From a virus, in the IMG/VR virus record IMGVR_UViG_3300042314_001189, positions 73,445 through 137,444 of that record: DNA of 64,000 bases; one strand, 5' to 3'. Every line of letters begins with the position of its first letter. Position 1 is the first letter of the stretch. Under the pieces are notes generated by a model that had not been told where the DNA came from, did not search any database, and saw only the letters and a list, made by a program, of their open reading frames with translations. Shown here in pieces: positions 36,572 through 47,169 of this stretch. The position numbers and the translations under genes are program-made.

Positions 36572-37504
36572 ATGAAAGATAAAATTAGAGAAATTTTAAG
36601 GGAGAATACCGAAAAAAATATTTTAGGTGTTGTGGTATCTAAACCAAATCAAGAATTGATAATTATGCGTGGAATTCCAGGTTCTGGAAAATCAACAAAG
36701 GCTAAATCACTTGTTGGGAAAGGTAAAATACACTCTACCGATGATGTTATTGAAGCTGGTGGTGATTATAACGAATTTTTTGCTAAAATGATAGCATCAA
36801 AAGACTTTGCACCATTAAGCCGAGTTCACTCAACCAACTTGAAAAACGCTATTGCATCTATGAAGTCTGGTGTTTCACCAGTTATCATCGATAACACAAA
36901 CATTAAACAAAACGAGTCAAAAGCTTATATTGTTGCTGCGTTGGAAATGGGTTATGCTGATAATAACATTAAATTTGTTGATATTGGTACTGCTGGGTTA
37001 GAAGCGGCTGAATTAGCTAAAAGAAATACTCATGGTGTACCATTGGATAAAATAGAAATGATGATTGCTAGTCACACAGCACAAGGGCCATTGACGCTTC
37101 AAAGCGTTTTGGAGTCAAAAGATATGTACAAACAATCCGATGTATTGTACTCTGCTGTAGTGTTGGACAACGGTTCTAAATCAGCATTGTTATCAAGACT
37201 TGAAGATATGATACCAGAAGGATGGAAAGTATTTGCTCACCACATGACAATTGTTTTTGGTAAAGGTGTTCCAAATAAAGAAGACTTGGGTAAAGAGGTG
37301 ACTTTGTATGTTGAAGCGATAGGTCTTAGCGATATGGCTATGGCTGTAAGGGTTGAAGGTTATCCATCGGCCAACGCAATACCACACATTACAATTGCGA
37401 TAAATCCAGACGGTGGTAAACCAGTGATGTCCAACGATATAACAAAATGGCAAAAAATTAAAAACTTTGCTATCAAAGGTGTTGTTACCGAAATAAAAAA
37501 ATGA
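36572..37504 (+). CDS. polynucleotide kinase-like P-loop fused to 2H phosphoesterase (RNA end-healing)
   Basis: MRGIPGSGKST, IIDNTN, RNTHGVP; HHMTI and PHITI 2H motifs. Confidence 0.8.
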   Translation: MKDKIREILRENTEKNILGVVVSKPNQELIIMRGIPGSGKSTKAKSLVGKGKIHSTDDVIEAGGDYNEFFAKMIASKDFAPLSRVHSTNLKNAIASMKSGVSPVIIDNTNIKQNESKAYIVAALEMGYADNNIKFVDIGTAGLEAAELAKRNTHGVPLDKIEMMIASHTAQGPLTLQSVLESKDMYKQSDVLYSAVVLDNGSKSALLSRLEDMIPEGWKVFAHHMTIVFGKGVPNKEDLGKEVTLYVEAIGLSDMAMAVRVEGYPSANAIPHITIAINPDGGKPVMSNDITKWQKIKNFAIKGVVTEIKK

Positions 37505-37716
37505 TGAATGAAGTCAAATTAAACCTAAAAGGGTGGGGATTGGTCTTTGTAGAGATTATGTGGATTGAAGGTAATTTATACAAAATAAAATTTGTGCCAG
37601 AAGATAACATACTTTGTGATGTTAAAACAGAAATATTTCACGTGAAAGAAATATTGAACATTAATGAAGTTTTTATTGATAAAAATTTAAAGATTACGAA
37701 GTATGATAACGAATAA
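37501..37716 (+). CDS. hypothetical protein
   Basis: 71 aa ORF. Confidence 0.5.
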   Translation: MMNEVKLNLKGWGLVFVEIMWIEGNLYKIKFVPEDNILCDVKTEIFHVKEILNINEVFIDKNLKITKYDNE

Positions 37717-38338
37717 ATCAGCACAAGTTATTTTGATAAATAAAAATGGTTTGGTGCTAGGTGTTTCTAGGAAAGATGACCATAATGATTTTGGATTACC
37801 TGGTGGAAAGATGGACCCAGAAGATGGTGACGACCCAAAAGTCACAGCTATTCGTGAAACAAAAGAAGAAACTGGTTTGGATATTACAAACCTAAGACTT
37901 ATATTTGCGATACATAAAGATGGTTTTATGGGTTACACCTATTTGGCTGATTATTCTGGTAAAATTGAACATGATGAACCACATGTTGTTAAATGGCAAC
38001 CTATGGAAGTCATGGTTAACGGTAGGTTCGGTAGATACAATCAATTGGTTGCGGAGTCTTTAAATGATATGAACATCAAATATCAATACCATGTTGATAT
38101 GAACGCATTGACGTTGGATGTAACACAAATAATTGATGGTCATTATAATGGTGAAGTAAAATTAGATTTCATCAGAAAAGAATGGGGTTATAACCATTAC
38201 AACATTTATTTTGTTGACGATAACGGTGAATTAGAAGAAACATTTGGTTTTGATAAATCATTGGATAAGAAATTAGATATCGTTTCAAAAAAATATGGTG
38301 TTAAGGTTAAGTTATCCTCAGAATATTATTGCAAGTAA
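37703..38338 (+). CDS. NUDIX hydrolase
   Basis: LPGGKMDPED...AIRETKEETGL. Confidence 0.85.
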   Translation: MITNKSAQVILINKNGLVLGVSRKDDHNDFGLPGGKMDPEDGDDPKVTAIRETKEETGLDITNLRLIFAIHKDGFMGYTYLADYSGKIEHDEPHVVKWQPMEVMVNGRFGRYNQLVAESLNDMNIKYQYHVDMNALTLDVTQIIDGHYNGEVKLDFIRKEWGYNHYNIYFVDDNGELEETFGFDKSLDKKLDIVSKKYGVKVKLSSEYYCK

Positions 38339-38373
38339 AGAATAATATTCGTATATTTGTAAAAAATAGTTTT

Positions 38374-38715
38374 ATGAAAAATACTGATAGACGTTTAGAT
38401 TTAAGCGCAAAGTTCATGCAGATGGGTCAGACCCTAATCTTAGAGGGTAGAGAAAATAGCGATATTAGTATCTCTCAAACTGGTACCATTTTAGTTTTCA
38501 TTAGTGGTTTGTTATTAGGTGATGATGAAGATATTTTTAAATTTTCAGACCTATGTTCAATGTTTTCTGCTAGAAAAATATTAGATGGTATCGAAGAAGA
38601 GGGTAGTCCTTTGAAAGGGTTGATGAAACAAGTTTCAGATGCTCAAACTTACGAAGAATTTATCAAAAAAATTAATGAAATAAGAAAAAGAAATGATAAA
38701 GACGATGTTAATTAA
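38374..38715 (+). CDS. hypothetical protein
   Basis: About 113 aa from ATG 38374. Confidence 0.55.
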   Translation: MKNTDRRLDLSAKFMQMGQTLILEGRENSDISISQTGTILVFISGLLLGDDEDIFKFSDLCSMFSARKILDGIEEEGSPLKGLMKQVSDAQTYEEFIKKINEIRKRNDKDDVN

Positions 38716-38775
38716 ACAAATATTTGTTTAATTCATTTTTATTTACTACCTTTGTCTTATTAAAGTGAAAAGATT

Positions 38776-39900
38776 ATGTTAGCAATACAAAATTATTTAT
38801 TAAAGCATGGGTTGGAAAAAACTGTGAAAGACTTTAGTTTAAAAACTAGAGAATATGAACACAAAATACTTTTAAAGTATGACCAATTGGTATCACCAAC
38901 CCTTATGGCGTTGCCAGAGATGCAAGATTGTCGTGGTATCATCCTTGAAAAAGGTACGTGGAAAGTAATGTCGATGGCATTCCGCAAGTTCTTCAACTCT
39001 GAAGAAGGGAATGCCGCTAAAATTGATTGGAATACTGCAAAAGTACTTGAAAAATTGGATGGTACTATGATACAAGTATATTATGACTGGCATGATATGA
39101 CATGGTATGCTGGTACTACTGGTACAGCAAACGGTGAGGGTGAAGTGAACAACAAAAACGGAACAACGTTTAACGATTTGTTTTGGGATACCTTGAATAA
39201 CAAATATACGTTTAATACATGTTTGTTAAACAAAGATTGCATATACGTTTTTGAGTTGACAACACCATACAATATCGTGGTTAAGCCACACGGTGAATCA
39301 TCTGCAACATTGTTGACTGTAAGAAACAGAGAAACTCTTGTTGAGTTATCTGGAAAAGACTTGGAAATGTCTGCTATATCAATAGGTGTACCATTGGTAA
39401 ACGCTTTTGATATAAATGCATCTAACGTTGGTCACTTGTTGAAAACGTTTGAAGGTATGCCATGGTCAGAAGAAGGGTATGTTGTACGTGACGGTAAAGA
39501 TAATCGTGTTAAAGTGAAAAACCCAGCATACGTTGCTGTACATCACTTGAAAGGCAAAACTGCTGAACACAACATATTGACAATCGTAAAAACTAACGAG
39601 ATAGAAGAGTTTGCAGCTACGTTCCCAGAAAGAACTGAAGAACTTTATCGTCTTAAAGAAAACTATGATGCGTTGTTGTTAAAACTTAATGTTGTTTGGG
39701 ATGAGTTGAAATTACACAGACCAAAAAATATAACAAAAGAAGAACAAAAAAAATATGCCACGGCTGTTTTTGATGTTTGTAAAAATCATAATGTTGAAGG
39801 GTTTACTGGTATGTATTTTGGTTTAGCGCAATACAAAATAAACTCTGTTGAAGAATTTTTGTTTAACTATGATGATAAAACATTATATAAAATTTTATAA
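38776..39900 (+). CDS. RNA ligase (T4 Rnl1-like)
   Basis: CRGIIL, AFRKFFN, EKLDGT, FEL, EGYVV, RVKVKNPAY. Confidence 0.85.
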   Translation: MLAIQNYLLKHGLEKTVKDFSLKTREYEHKILLKYDQLVSPTLMALPEMQDCRGIILEKGTWKVMSMAFRKFFNSEEGNAAKIDWNTAKVLEKLDGTMIQVYYDWHDMTWYAGTTGTANGEGEVNNKNGTTFNDLFWDTLNNKYTFNTCLLNKDCIYVFELTTPYNIVVKPHGESSATLLTVRNRETLVELSGKDLEMSAISIGVPLVNAFDINASNVGHLLKTFEGMPWSEEGYVVRDGKDNRVKVKNPAYVAVHHLKGKTAEHNILTIVKTNEIEEFAATFPERTEELYRLKENYDALLLKLNVVWDELKLHRPKNITKEEQKKYATAVFDVCKNHNVEGFTGMYFGLAQYKINSVEEFLFNYDDKTLYKIL

Positions 39901-39902
39901 AG

Positions 39903-40265
39903 ATGGCAATAGATTTTAAAGAAAGGTACGCTAAACTAATACAGAAAGACGAAGAACCTTTGACAGAAGTTGAGTTGGGTTATGTTAAAACTATCGAAGA
40001 CCACATTGATTCAGAGATTGAAAAGAAACTATCAACAGATAGTCGAGAAATTTGGATTGATATGGCGTATGTTAGATTTAATTATAACCCATCAACTAAA
40101 AAGCCTTTTCCAAATATGACCAATAATAGAAAAGTTTTTTTGAAAAAAGAGTTGTTGAGTCGTTATGAAAAAGCAAATTGGTCAATAAATTGGCATATTG
40201 ATGATGGATTAGACGGACCAAATATGTCTGGGGGTGATTATTTAATTTTAAAAGGTAAAATATGA
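39903..40265 (+). CDS. hypothetical protein
   Basis: 120 aa ORF. Confidence 0.55.
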   Translation: MAIDFKERYAKLIQKDEEPLTEVELGYVKTIEDHIDSEIEKKLSTDSREIWIDMAYVRFNYNPSTKKPFPNMTNNRKVFLKKELLSRYEKANWSINWHIDDGLDGPNMSGGDYLILKGKI

Positions 40266-40507
40266 GAGAAAACATTACAGCTGATTGGGCTAGAAAAACA
40301 GCCGAATCTATTTTAGGTGAAAAAATCAATAAACAAATTGATATATGCCTTACAGCAATCGAAGAAGCTGTTAAAAGAAATGAGATGGGGTGCAACATAG
40401 GTATTTATGCTGACGCTATTGTTGTAAAAGAATTAAACAAAAGAGGGTTTAGTGTAAAACAATATGACGACCAAAGAGATGGAAGTTATTTAACAATTTC
40501 ATGGTAA
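40262..40507 (+). CDS. hypothetical protein
   Basis: 81 aa ORF. Confidence 0.55.
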   Translation: MRENITADWARKTAESILGEKINKQIDICLTAIEEAVKRNEMGCNIGIYADAIVVKELNKRGFSVKQYDDQRDGSYLTISW

Positions 40508-40812
40508 TGGATTTTTTAAAAGAAATCCTTTCAAACCCATACTATTCATCTTTGATTGTTTTAGTAACTCAAATATGCATGTTATATTTGAGAACTATAA
40601 ATATTGTTTACACTACCGAACATAACATATACGGTGCAATATGGTCAAACAATTTATTTGCGATTGCATGGTTATTGTCAACATCAATTGGCTTGAATGC
40701 AATATTGACTGGTAATATTTTACCAATCATTGCTTTTTTGGTTGGTGGTAGTCTTGGGACATATTTTGGTATGAAAAAAGAAATTAAGAAACGTGAAAAT
40801 CAAAAGAGTTAA
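40501..40812 (+). CDS. small membrane protein (DUF5698-like)
   Basis: 3 TM segments, GGSLGTYFGM. Confidence 0.5.
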   Translation: MVMDFLKEILSNPYYSSLIVLVTQICMLYLRTINIVYTTEHNIYGAIWSNNLFAIAWLLSTSIGLNAILTGNILPIIAFLVGGSLGTYFGMKKEIKKRENQKS

Positions 40813-40814
40813 AA

Positions 40815-41189
40815 ATGAACAAAGAGGAACTTGAAAATTATTTGGAATCCATTGGTGGTCTTTACGATTGGAAAGGTAGAACCCACACAAAGGCTAACAT
40901 ATTTGGTGTTGGCGAAGGGTGGTATAGTTTATTAAAAAATCTAATTGAAGAACTATTGGAAATTGGTTGGGATAGACATTTGACACAATGTAAAGAAAAG
41001 TTCGGTGGATTAAGGTTTTATCTATCAACATATCCAGAAGGTTCTGATGCGATAATCTCAAAATACGAATCGTTATCATATAAGACTTGTGAAGTTTGTG
41101 GTGAAGAAGGTGTTTTAAGAAAAGCGTCTTGGTTAGCTGTTAGATGTGATGAACACTCCGAAGGTAACCCACCATACGCAAATAATTAA
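40815..41189 (+). CDS. conserved phage hypothetical protein
   Basis: GEGW...QCKEKFGGLRFY...TCEVCG...CDEH. Confidence 0.6.
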   Translation: MNKEELENYLESIGGLYDWKGRTHTKANIFGVGEGWYSLLKNLIEELLEIGWDRHLTQCKEKFGGLRFYLSTYPEGSDAIISKYESLSYKTCEVCGEEGVLRKASWLAVRCDEHSEGNPPYANN

Positions 41190-41232
41190 AGAATTATTTG
41201 GAAATCACAAAAATTATTTGTACCTTTGTAAT

Positions 41233-41667
41233 ATGAAAACAATTGAAGTTGATGGAATCATAGTAAATTATGATTTAGAAAGTCTAGCAAATGAAGTAAA
41301 TAATATTCAATATGAAATTGAGAACTTCATTGATAACCATAGAACAAGTGGTGGTAAAGGGGAATTACATGAAGATGCTCCAACTGAGGAAGAATTCATA
41401 AACCTTAGAACACAATTCGCTAACGAGATTTTGAATATTGAAGAAAGGTTACCAGAATTAATATCTGAAAATTTATTCTTAACCAAAAAAGGTATTCCAG
41501 CTAAAGGTAGACGGAGACCAATACTTATGGCACATAATGATTTTTATGTGAACGTAATAGATGAATATGACCATGACTTACAATTTGATAGACCTTATTT
41601 AAAATTAGACATGATTGGTGATAAAGAAGGTAGATTAATTATTCACGAAATGCAAACAAATTATTAA
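41233..41667 (+). CDS. hypothetical protein
   Basis: ATG 41233 after promoter at 41221. Confidence 0.55.
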   Translation: MKTIEVDGIIVNYDLESLANEVNNIQYEIENFIDNHRTSGGKGELHEDAPTEEEFINLRTQFANEILNIEERLPELISENLFLTKKGIPAKGRRRPILMAHNDFYVNVIDEYDHDLQFDRPYLKLDMIGDKEGRLIIHEMQTNY

Positions 41668-41669
41668 TT

Positions 41670-42179
41670 ATGAATTATACAGATAAAACCTACAAAGAAG
41701 CCAGAATGGTAGCCGTCAAAGCCCACTCTAACCAATCCTATGATGAAATTTTTCCTTATGAGAAACACTTAGACGATGTTGTTGATGTTTTGAAAAGATT
41801 TGGTTTTTCTGGTAAATTTATTGTTGCTGGCTATCTGCATGATGCGATAGAGGATGATGGTATATCTTACAACGACATCAAGAAACACTTTGGTGTTGAA
41901 GTTGCCGAGATGGTATTTTGTGTGACTGACGAGTTAGGTCGCAATAGAAAAGAGAAAAAAGAAAAGACTTTACCTAAAACAGCTAGTAATCCAGATGCTA
42001 TTATCCTTAAATTGGGTGACCGTATCGCCAACATTGAACATGGTGGTAAAATAGACATGTATGCCAAAGAGTATCAAGAGTTTAAAGGTGCGTTATACTT
42101 GAACACGCCATCTGATGGTAAAAAAATGTGGGAATATTTAGATAAATTATTGAAAATAAATTTGGTGGAATCAAATTAA
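41670..42179 (+). CDS. HD-domain hydrolase (Mesh1/SpoT-like, putative (p)ppGpp hydrolase)
   Basis: AHSNQ...PYEKHL, AGYLHDAIED, VTDE, LKLGDRIAN. Confidence 0.75.
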   Translation: MNYTDKTYKEARMVAVKAHSNQSYDEIFPYEKHLDDVVDVLKRFGFSGKFIVAGYLHDAIEDDGISYNDIKKHFGVEVAEMVFCVTDELGRNRKEKKEKTLPKTASNPDAIILKLGDRIANIEHGGKIDMYAKEYQEFKGALYLNTPSDGKKMWEYLDKLLKINLVESN

Positions 42180-42211
42180 TTTACTACCTTTGTATCATTA
42201 AAATAAATAAT

Positions 42212-43606
42212 ATGAAAATAAAACAAATTTTTGATGAAATCGCTGCTGAACCTGGGACAAATGCGAAAATGGATATCCTTAAAAAATATAAGGATAATGA
42301 ATTGTTAAGACGTGTATTGTATTTGGCTAACTCTAAACGAGTTAAGTATTACATCAAACGCATCCCAAGCTACGAATATTTTGGTGTTAATTACTCTTTG
42401 GAACAAGCATTGGGTATAATCCTAGCAATCTCAAATAGAGATGTTACTGGTCAGTTAGCTATCGATAAATTAGTTTTGGTTTTAGAGAATGTAGATGCTG
42501 ATGATGCTTACATAATTGAGCGTATCATTGAGAAAGATTGTAAAATCGGAATGGGTACGTCAAACATGAACAAGGTAATCAAAGGATTGATTGAAGACAC
42601 ACCTTATATGGGTGCTGTGTCTTTTGATGAAAAGAAAGCACGTAAGATTTTTGAAAAAGGTGGCAAAGGTATCTCACAAGTAAAAATGGATGGTCGTTAC
42701 TGTAACGCAATAATCCGTGCTGGTGAAGTTGAATTAGAAAGTCGTCAAGGCGAACCTACAATTGTAACTGGTGCTAAATTTGTTGAAGAACTAACACAAC
42801 TTGATGATTGTGTTTTGAATGGTGAATTGACAATGGACGGAATACCACGTTATGAGTCAAACGGTATTATCGCATCAATTATTGATATCTGTGGTAAGAA
42901 AGAAAGTAGAACAGATAAAGAAAACGAAAAGAAATTAGCTACGTTTGAAGAAAAACATGGTAATTTTGAAGAAGCGTTGAGTAAAATACGTTACACTGTT
43001 TGGGATAGAATTGGTATTGATGAATACTTTGATACAAAATCAATTGTACCATACAACAAACGTGCTATCGAGTTAAATAGAGCGTTAAAAAATATTGAAA
43101 CAACAAAAGTATCAATAGTAGAAGGGGTTGTTGTTAACAGTTACGAAGAAGCTATCAGCCATTTCCAAGAAATCTTGGCTCGTGGTGAAGAAGGTACAAT
43201 TTTAAAGTCGTATGATGGTGAATGGAAAGATGGTAAACCAACATGGCAAATAAAAATGAAATTGGAGTTAGCGTTGGATTTGGTGATTACTGGTTTTAAT
43301 TATGGCACCAAAGGTACTAAAAACGAAAACGTTGTTAGCTCTTTGAACGCTGAAACATCATGTGGTAAACTAAAAACTAGACCACAAGGTTTGACTGAAA
43401 GTTTAATGGCAGAAATAACCGAAAACCAAGAAAACTTGTTGGGTACGATTATCGAAGTTAAATGCTCTGGTTTATCGTTTGACAACACTGGTGCTTACTC
43501 ACTATTATACCCAGCTTTTAAAGGGTTTAGAGATGACAAATCAGAGGCTAACTCACTTGACGAGTGTATTGAAATACAAAATGCAGCAATAGGTTTAACA
43601 GTTTAA
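42212..43606 (+). CDS. ATP-dependent DNA ligase
   Basis: KMDGRY, LNGEL, EEGTILK, WQIKMK, OB-fold SLLYPAFKGFRDDK. Confidence 0.9.
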   Translation: MKIKQIFDEIAAEPGTNAKMDILKKYKDNELLRRVLYLANSKRVKYYIKRIPSYEYFGVNYSLEQALGIILAISNRDVTGQLAIDKLVLVLENVDADDAYIIERIIEKDCKIGMGTSNMNKVIKGLIEDTPYMGAVSFDEKKARKIFEKGGKGISQVKMDGRYCNAIIRAGEVELESRQGEPTIVTGAKFVEELTQLDDCVLNGELTMDGIPRYESNGIIASIIDICGKKESRTDKENEKKLATFEEKHGNFEEALSKIRYTVWDRIGIDEYFDTKSIVPYNKRAIELNRALKNIETTKVSIVEGVVVNSYEEAISHFQEILARGEEGTILKSYDGEWKDGKPTWQIKMKLELALDLVITGFNYGTKGTKNENVVSSLNAETSCGKLKTRPQGLTESLMAEITENQENLLGTIIEVKCSGLSFDNTGAYSLLYPAFKGFRDDKSEANSLDECIEIQNAAIGLTV

Positions 43607-43616
43607 AAATAAAAAA

Positions 43617-44075
43617 ATGAAAAAATTATTATTAGTTTTAATGGTCTTAGTTTCGGTAGAATCATGGGGTCAATGTAGTGAAAATACCTTGAATAAATAC
43701 GTTTCTTGGGGTGTTTCAATGTCCAACAACTCAGATTTTAATACTGGTTCTTACAGTTCGTTAGAGTTTGGTGTTATCTACAATGATGTAGCTGCTGGTT
43801 TGGTTTTTGGTCGTGGTAGTTTACAAGGTGTTTTTGATAAAACAGACAATATTAGAAATTATTTCTATGAGTTAAAAGTATCACCATCTTTTCCGATAGG
43901 TAAAGTATATGGAAACATTATTTTAGGTGTTGGTGGTTACATTGATACAAAGCATAACTTTATTGAATATGGGTTGGGCGTTTCTTACACGCACAAGAAA
44001 ATAGGTTATGGTGTTTCTTTTACTAATTGGGATGGTGTTGATTATGTTACCCCATCTATCACGTTTAATTTTTAA
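43617..44075 (+). CDS. secreted/outer-membrane beta-barrel-like protein
   Basis: Signal peptide, amphipathic strands, terminal F. Confidence 0.55.
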   Translation: MKKLLLVLMVLVSVESWGQCSENTLNKYVSWGVSMSNNSDFNTGSYSSLEFGVIYNDVAAGLVFGRGSLQGVFDKTDNIRNYFYELKVSPSFPIGKVYGNIILGVGGYIDTKHNFIEYGLGVSYTHKKIGYGVSFTNWDGVDYVTPSITFNF

Positions 44076-44084
44076 AAACACGTT

Positions 44085-45128
44085 ATGAAAAAAATGATTA
44101 AATTTCCGTCTATTGAACAATTTAGAACAGTTGTTTCTAATGTGAATAGACACTTCAATTTTGTTGGTTTGGATGAAAACGGTGAGGCTATTTATGACCC
44201 AACGTTACCAAAACCAGTTATCACATTCAAAGGTACTGTAAAATTACATGGTACAAATGCTTCGGTGTCATTTAACGCACCAAGTGGTATGTGGGCGCAA
44301 TCTCGTGAGAATATCATCACACCAGAAAAAGATAACGCTGGCTTTGCATTCTTTGCGCATTCAAATGAAACGGCATTAATGCGTTTCTTCCATGATGTTG
44401 CTGCTAATAACAATATTGACATGCATAAAAACACAATCACTATTTATGGTGAGTGGGCTGGTGGAAATATTCAAAAAGGTGTTGGTATTTGCAATTTACC
44501 TAAGTCTTTCTTTATCTTTGGTGTTAAAATCACACCACATACTGAAAGTGAGGAAGAATTAAAAGCTAACCCAGCTTATTGGGTTGATTATTCTTACTTA
44601 AAAAACAATGAAGTTAAAATTTACAATATTAACGATTACCCAACGTATTCAATCGATATTGATTTTAACATGCCACAGTTGGTTCAAAATCAATTATCTG
44701 AATTAACTATTGCTGTTGAAGAAGAATGCCCAGTTGCTAAAGCGTTTGGTTTTTCTGGGATTGGTGAGGGTATTGTTTGGTCTGCCGAGTTCAAAGGTAA
44801 TGTACATAGGTTCAAGGTGAAGGGCGAGAAGCACAGCTCTTCAAAAGTAAAGACGTTAGCAGCTGTTGATGTTGAAAAATTGAACTCAATCAAAGATTTT
44901 GTTGACTATGCAGTTTCTGAAAGCAGATTTAACCAAGCTTTGGAAAATGTTTTTCCTAACAATGAACCTATTGACGTAAAGAAAATGGGTGACGTTATTA
45001 GATGGGTTGTAAATGATGTTATCAAAGAAGAAATGGACACATTGGTAGAAAACCAATTGGAACCAAAAGAAATAAATAAATACGTTTCTTCAAAAGTTAG
45101 AGAAATGTTTTTCAAACAAACAGTATAA
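44085..45128 (+). CDS. RNA ligase (Rnl2-like)
   Basis: VKLHGTNA, IYGEWAG, GEGIVW, FKVKGEKH. Confidence 0.8.
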   Translation: MKKMIKFPSIEQFRTVVSNVNRHFNFVGLDENGEAIYDPTLPKPVITFKGTVKLHGTNASVSFNAPSGMWAQSRENIITPEKDNAGFAFFAHSNETALMRFFHDVAANNNIDMHKNTITIYGEWAGGNIQKGVGICNLPKSFFIFGVKITPHTESEEELKANPAYWVDYSYLKNNEVKIYNINDYPTYSIDIDFNMPQLVQNQLSELTIAVEEECPVAKAFGFSGIGEGIVWSAEFKGNVHRFKVKGEKHSSSKVKTLAAVDVEKLNSIKDFVDYAVSESRFNQALENVFPNNEPIDVKKMGDVIRWVVNDVIKEEMDTLVENQLEPKEINKYVSSKVREMFFKQTV

Positions 45129-45129
45129 T

Positions 45130-45333
45130 ATGATAAAGAACAAAGTATACAAACTAAAAAAAGCAACAGAGGTTGGTAAAGATATGCCTTTACAAGCTGG
45201 TCAAGAAATTGAAATCGTAATGGATGTTGTCTACATCAATGGAAACATGGTGCCACCAACATTACAACCATTGTTTTACAATTTTATAACCAAAAACGAA
45301 AACTTATTTGACGATGTTACTAGAACGTGGTAA
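45130..45333 (+). CDS. hypothetical protein
   Basis: 67 aa ORF. Confidence 0.5.
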   Translation: MIKNKVYKLKKATEVGKDMPLQAGQEIEIVMDVVYINGNMVPPTLQPLFYNFITKNENLFDDVTRTW

Positions 45334-45805
45334 AAAGAAATGCGACTGTGGAAACACAGCCGTATGGGTTTATATGCCTGGTTATGGTGATGGTTCAAAT
45401 CCATACATTTGTGATGATTGTGTATCATCACCAGATGATATTGGTTGTTCATGTAATTGGCACTATGGTAAAGAACAAGAAGGTTTACCTACTGATTTAC
45501 CAGAAGGTATTGAGGGTAAAGATTGGCGATGGATTGAACACGAAGGTGACGAGTACGTTGATAAGATATCTAAAGAAGAAGATGGTTATTGGCAATACTT
45601 GGATGAACGTGGTAGACCATATCCATGTTCGGAATATGAATATGATAAAGATGGGTTTCCAGAATTGACATGGTTGGGTGATAAAGTTTATGACTTATCT
45701 TATCGATGGTATTTCTTCAAAATAAAATTAAAAAATAAGTTTATAGCTTGGAAGAAAAAAAATATTGTTGACGATGTTCCAAAACATTTAGAAGATAATT
45801 TCTAA
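45314..45805 (+). CDS. hypothetical Cys-rich protein
   Basis: CDCG...CDDC...GCSC...RPYPC. Confidence 0.55.
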   Translation: MLLERGKKKCDCGNTAVWVYMPGYGDGSNPYICDDCVSSPDDIGCSCNWHYGKEQEGLPTDLPEGIEGKDWRWIEHEGDEYVDKISKEEDGYWQYLDERGRPYPCSEYEYDKDGFPELTWLGDKVYDLSYRWYFFKIKLKNKFIAWKKKNIVDDVPKHLEDNF

Positions 45806-45860
45806 AAAATTTTGTTTATTTAATTTTTTTTACTACCTTTGTGGTGTTAAAATAGTTTTT

Positions 45861-47168
45861 ATGATAGTAAAAGAAAACGGTTTAAGATATGCTAAGTTAA
45901 TCCATGTATCAGTAGATAACGGAATGACTAGCAACAGTAATAAGGTGTATATAATGGAAGAGTTGCCAGATGGTCGTATCAAATGTGAATATGGTCGTGT
46001 TGGTAAATCTTTGGTCACTGAATATAAACCTAGCTCTAAATGGGATAGTGTGTTGAAGCAAAAACTATCTAAAACAAAAGGTTACACTGATGTAACTGAT
46101 TTGTTGGCAGAACCAGTTGTCGATGAAACAAAACCAACCAATAACAAAGTAGAAAACATCAAAAATGAGATTGTTAGAAAGCTGGTTGATGAGTTGATGT
46201 CGTTTGCCAACAAGTCAATCCAAAAGAACTATAAGGTAACGCAAGAAGCCGTATCGGAACAACAAGTCAATGCTGCTCAAGAAATCATCAGCAACATTAG
46301 TGGTTTAATTAAAATTGGGGTTGATATTAAACATGTTAATGACATGTTATTGAAACTTTATACCATTATCCCTAGAAGAATGGATAATGTTAAGAACCAT
46401 TTATTTGATGATATTACGGATGATAATAGATTATCAATAGCTCAAAGGTTAATCGATAATGAGCAATCAGCACTAGACACTATGGCTGGTCAAGTTGAGT
46501 TATTGAAACAGCAAAGAGAAGCTGCCAAAAAAGCTGCTGAAGCGGAAGCTGAGGGTAAAAAAGAAGAAGTTAGTGAAATCACAATATTAGACCAAATGGG
46601 TTTAACCATTGAGGTTGAAAACGATACGGAAACGCTTGAACTAATCAAAAAATTGATGGGTCCAAACGTAAATCAAATGAAACGTGTTTTTAAAGTTGTT
46701 AACAAAAAGACACAACTTAGGTTTGATAAACACATGGACAAAGTTGAAGTTAAAAAGAAAAGATTTTACTGGCATGGGTCTAGAAATGAAAACTGGTTTA
46801 ACATTTTGCAAACTGGTTTGTTAATCAGACCATCTGGTGCTGTACATACTGGGTCTATGTTTGGTGATGGTATCTATTTTGCTGACAAAGCACAGAAATC
46901 AATTGGTTACACATCTTTAAGAGGCTCATATTGGGCACATGGTGGTGATAACAAAGCATTTTTAGCGTTGTTTGACGTACATTTAGGTAAACAAAAAGAA
47001 ATCCTACATCACAACTCTAGTTGTTACTCTTTGTCTAAAAAAGTTTTGGATAAAGAAGGGTTTGATAGTGTCTTTGCAAAAGGTGGTGCTGACCTAAGAA
47101 ATAACGAATATATAGTATATGACTCAGCGCAATGTACTGTATCACATTTAATTGAAATATCAAATTAA
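45861..47168 (+). CDS. WGR-domain PARP-family ADP-ribosyltransferase
   Basis: EYGRVG (WGR-like), LYTIIP (regulatory), YWHGSR, MFGDGIYFAD, KSIGY, NNEYIVY (H-Y-E triad). Confidence 0.9.
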   Translation: MIVKENGLRYAKLIHVSVDNGMTSNSNKVYIMEELPDGRIKCEYGRVGKSLVTEYKPSSKWDSVLKQKLSKTKGYTDVTDLLAEPVVDETKPTNNKVENIKNEIVRKLVDELMSFANKSIQKNYKVTQEAVSEQQVNAAQEIISNISGLIKIGVDIKHVNDMLLKLYTIIPRRMDNVKNHLFDDITDDNRLSIAQRLIDNEQSALDTMAGQVELLKQQREAAKKAAEAEAEGKKEEVSEITILDQMGLTIEVENDTETLELIKKLMGPNVNQMKRVFKVVNKKTQLRFDKHMDKVEVKKKRFYWHGSRNENWFNILQTGLLIRPSGAVHTGSMFGDGIYFADKAQKSIGYTSLRGSYWAHGGDNKAFLALFDVHLGKQKEILHHNSSCYSLSKKVLDKEGFDSVFAKGGADLRNNEYIVYDSAQCTVSHLIEISN

Positions 47169-47169
47169 T

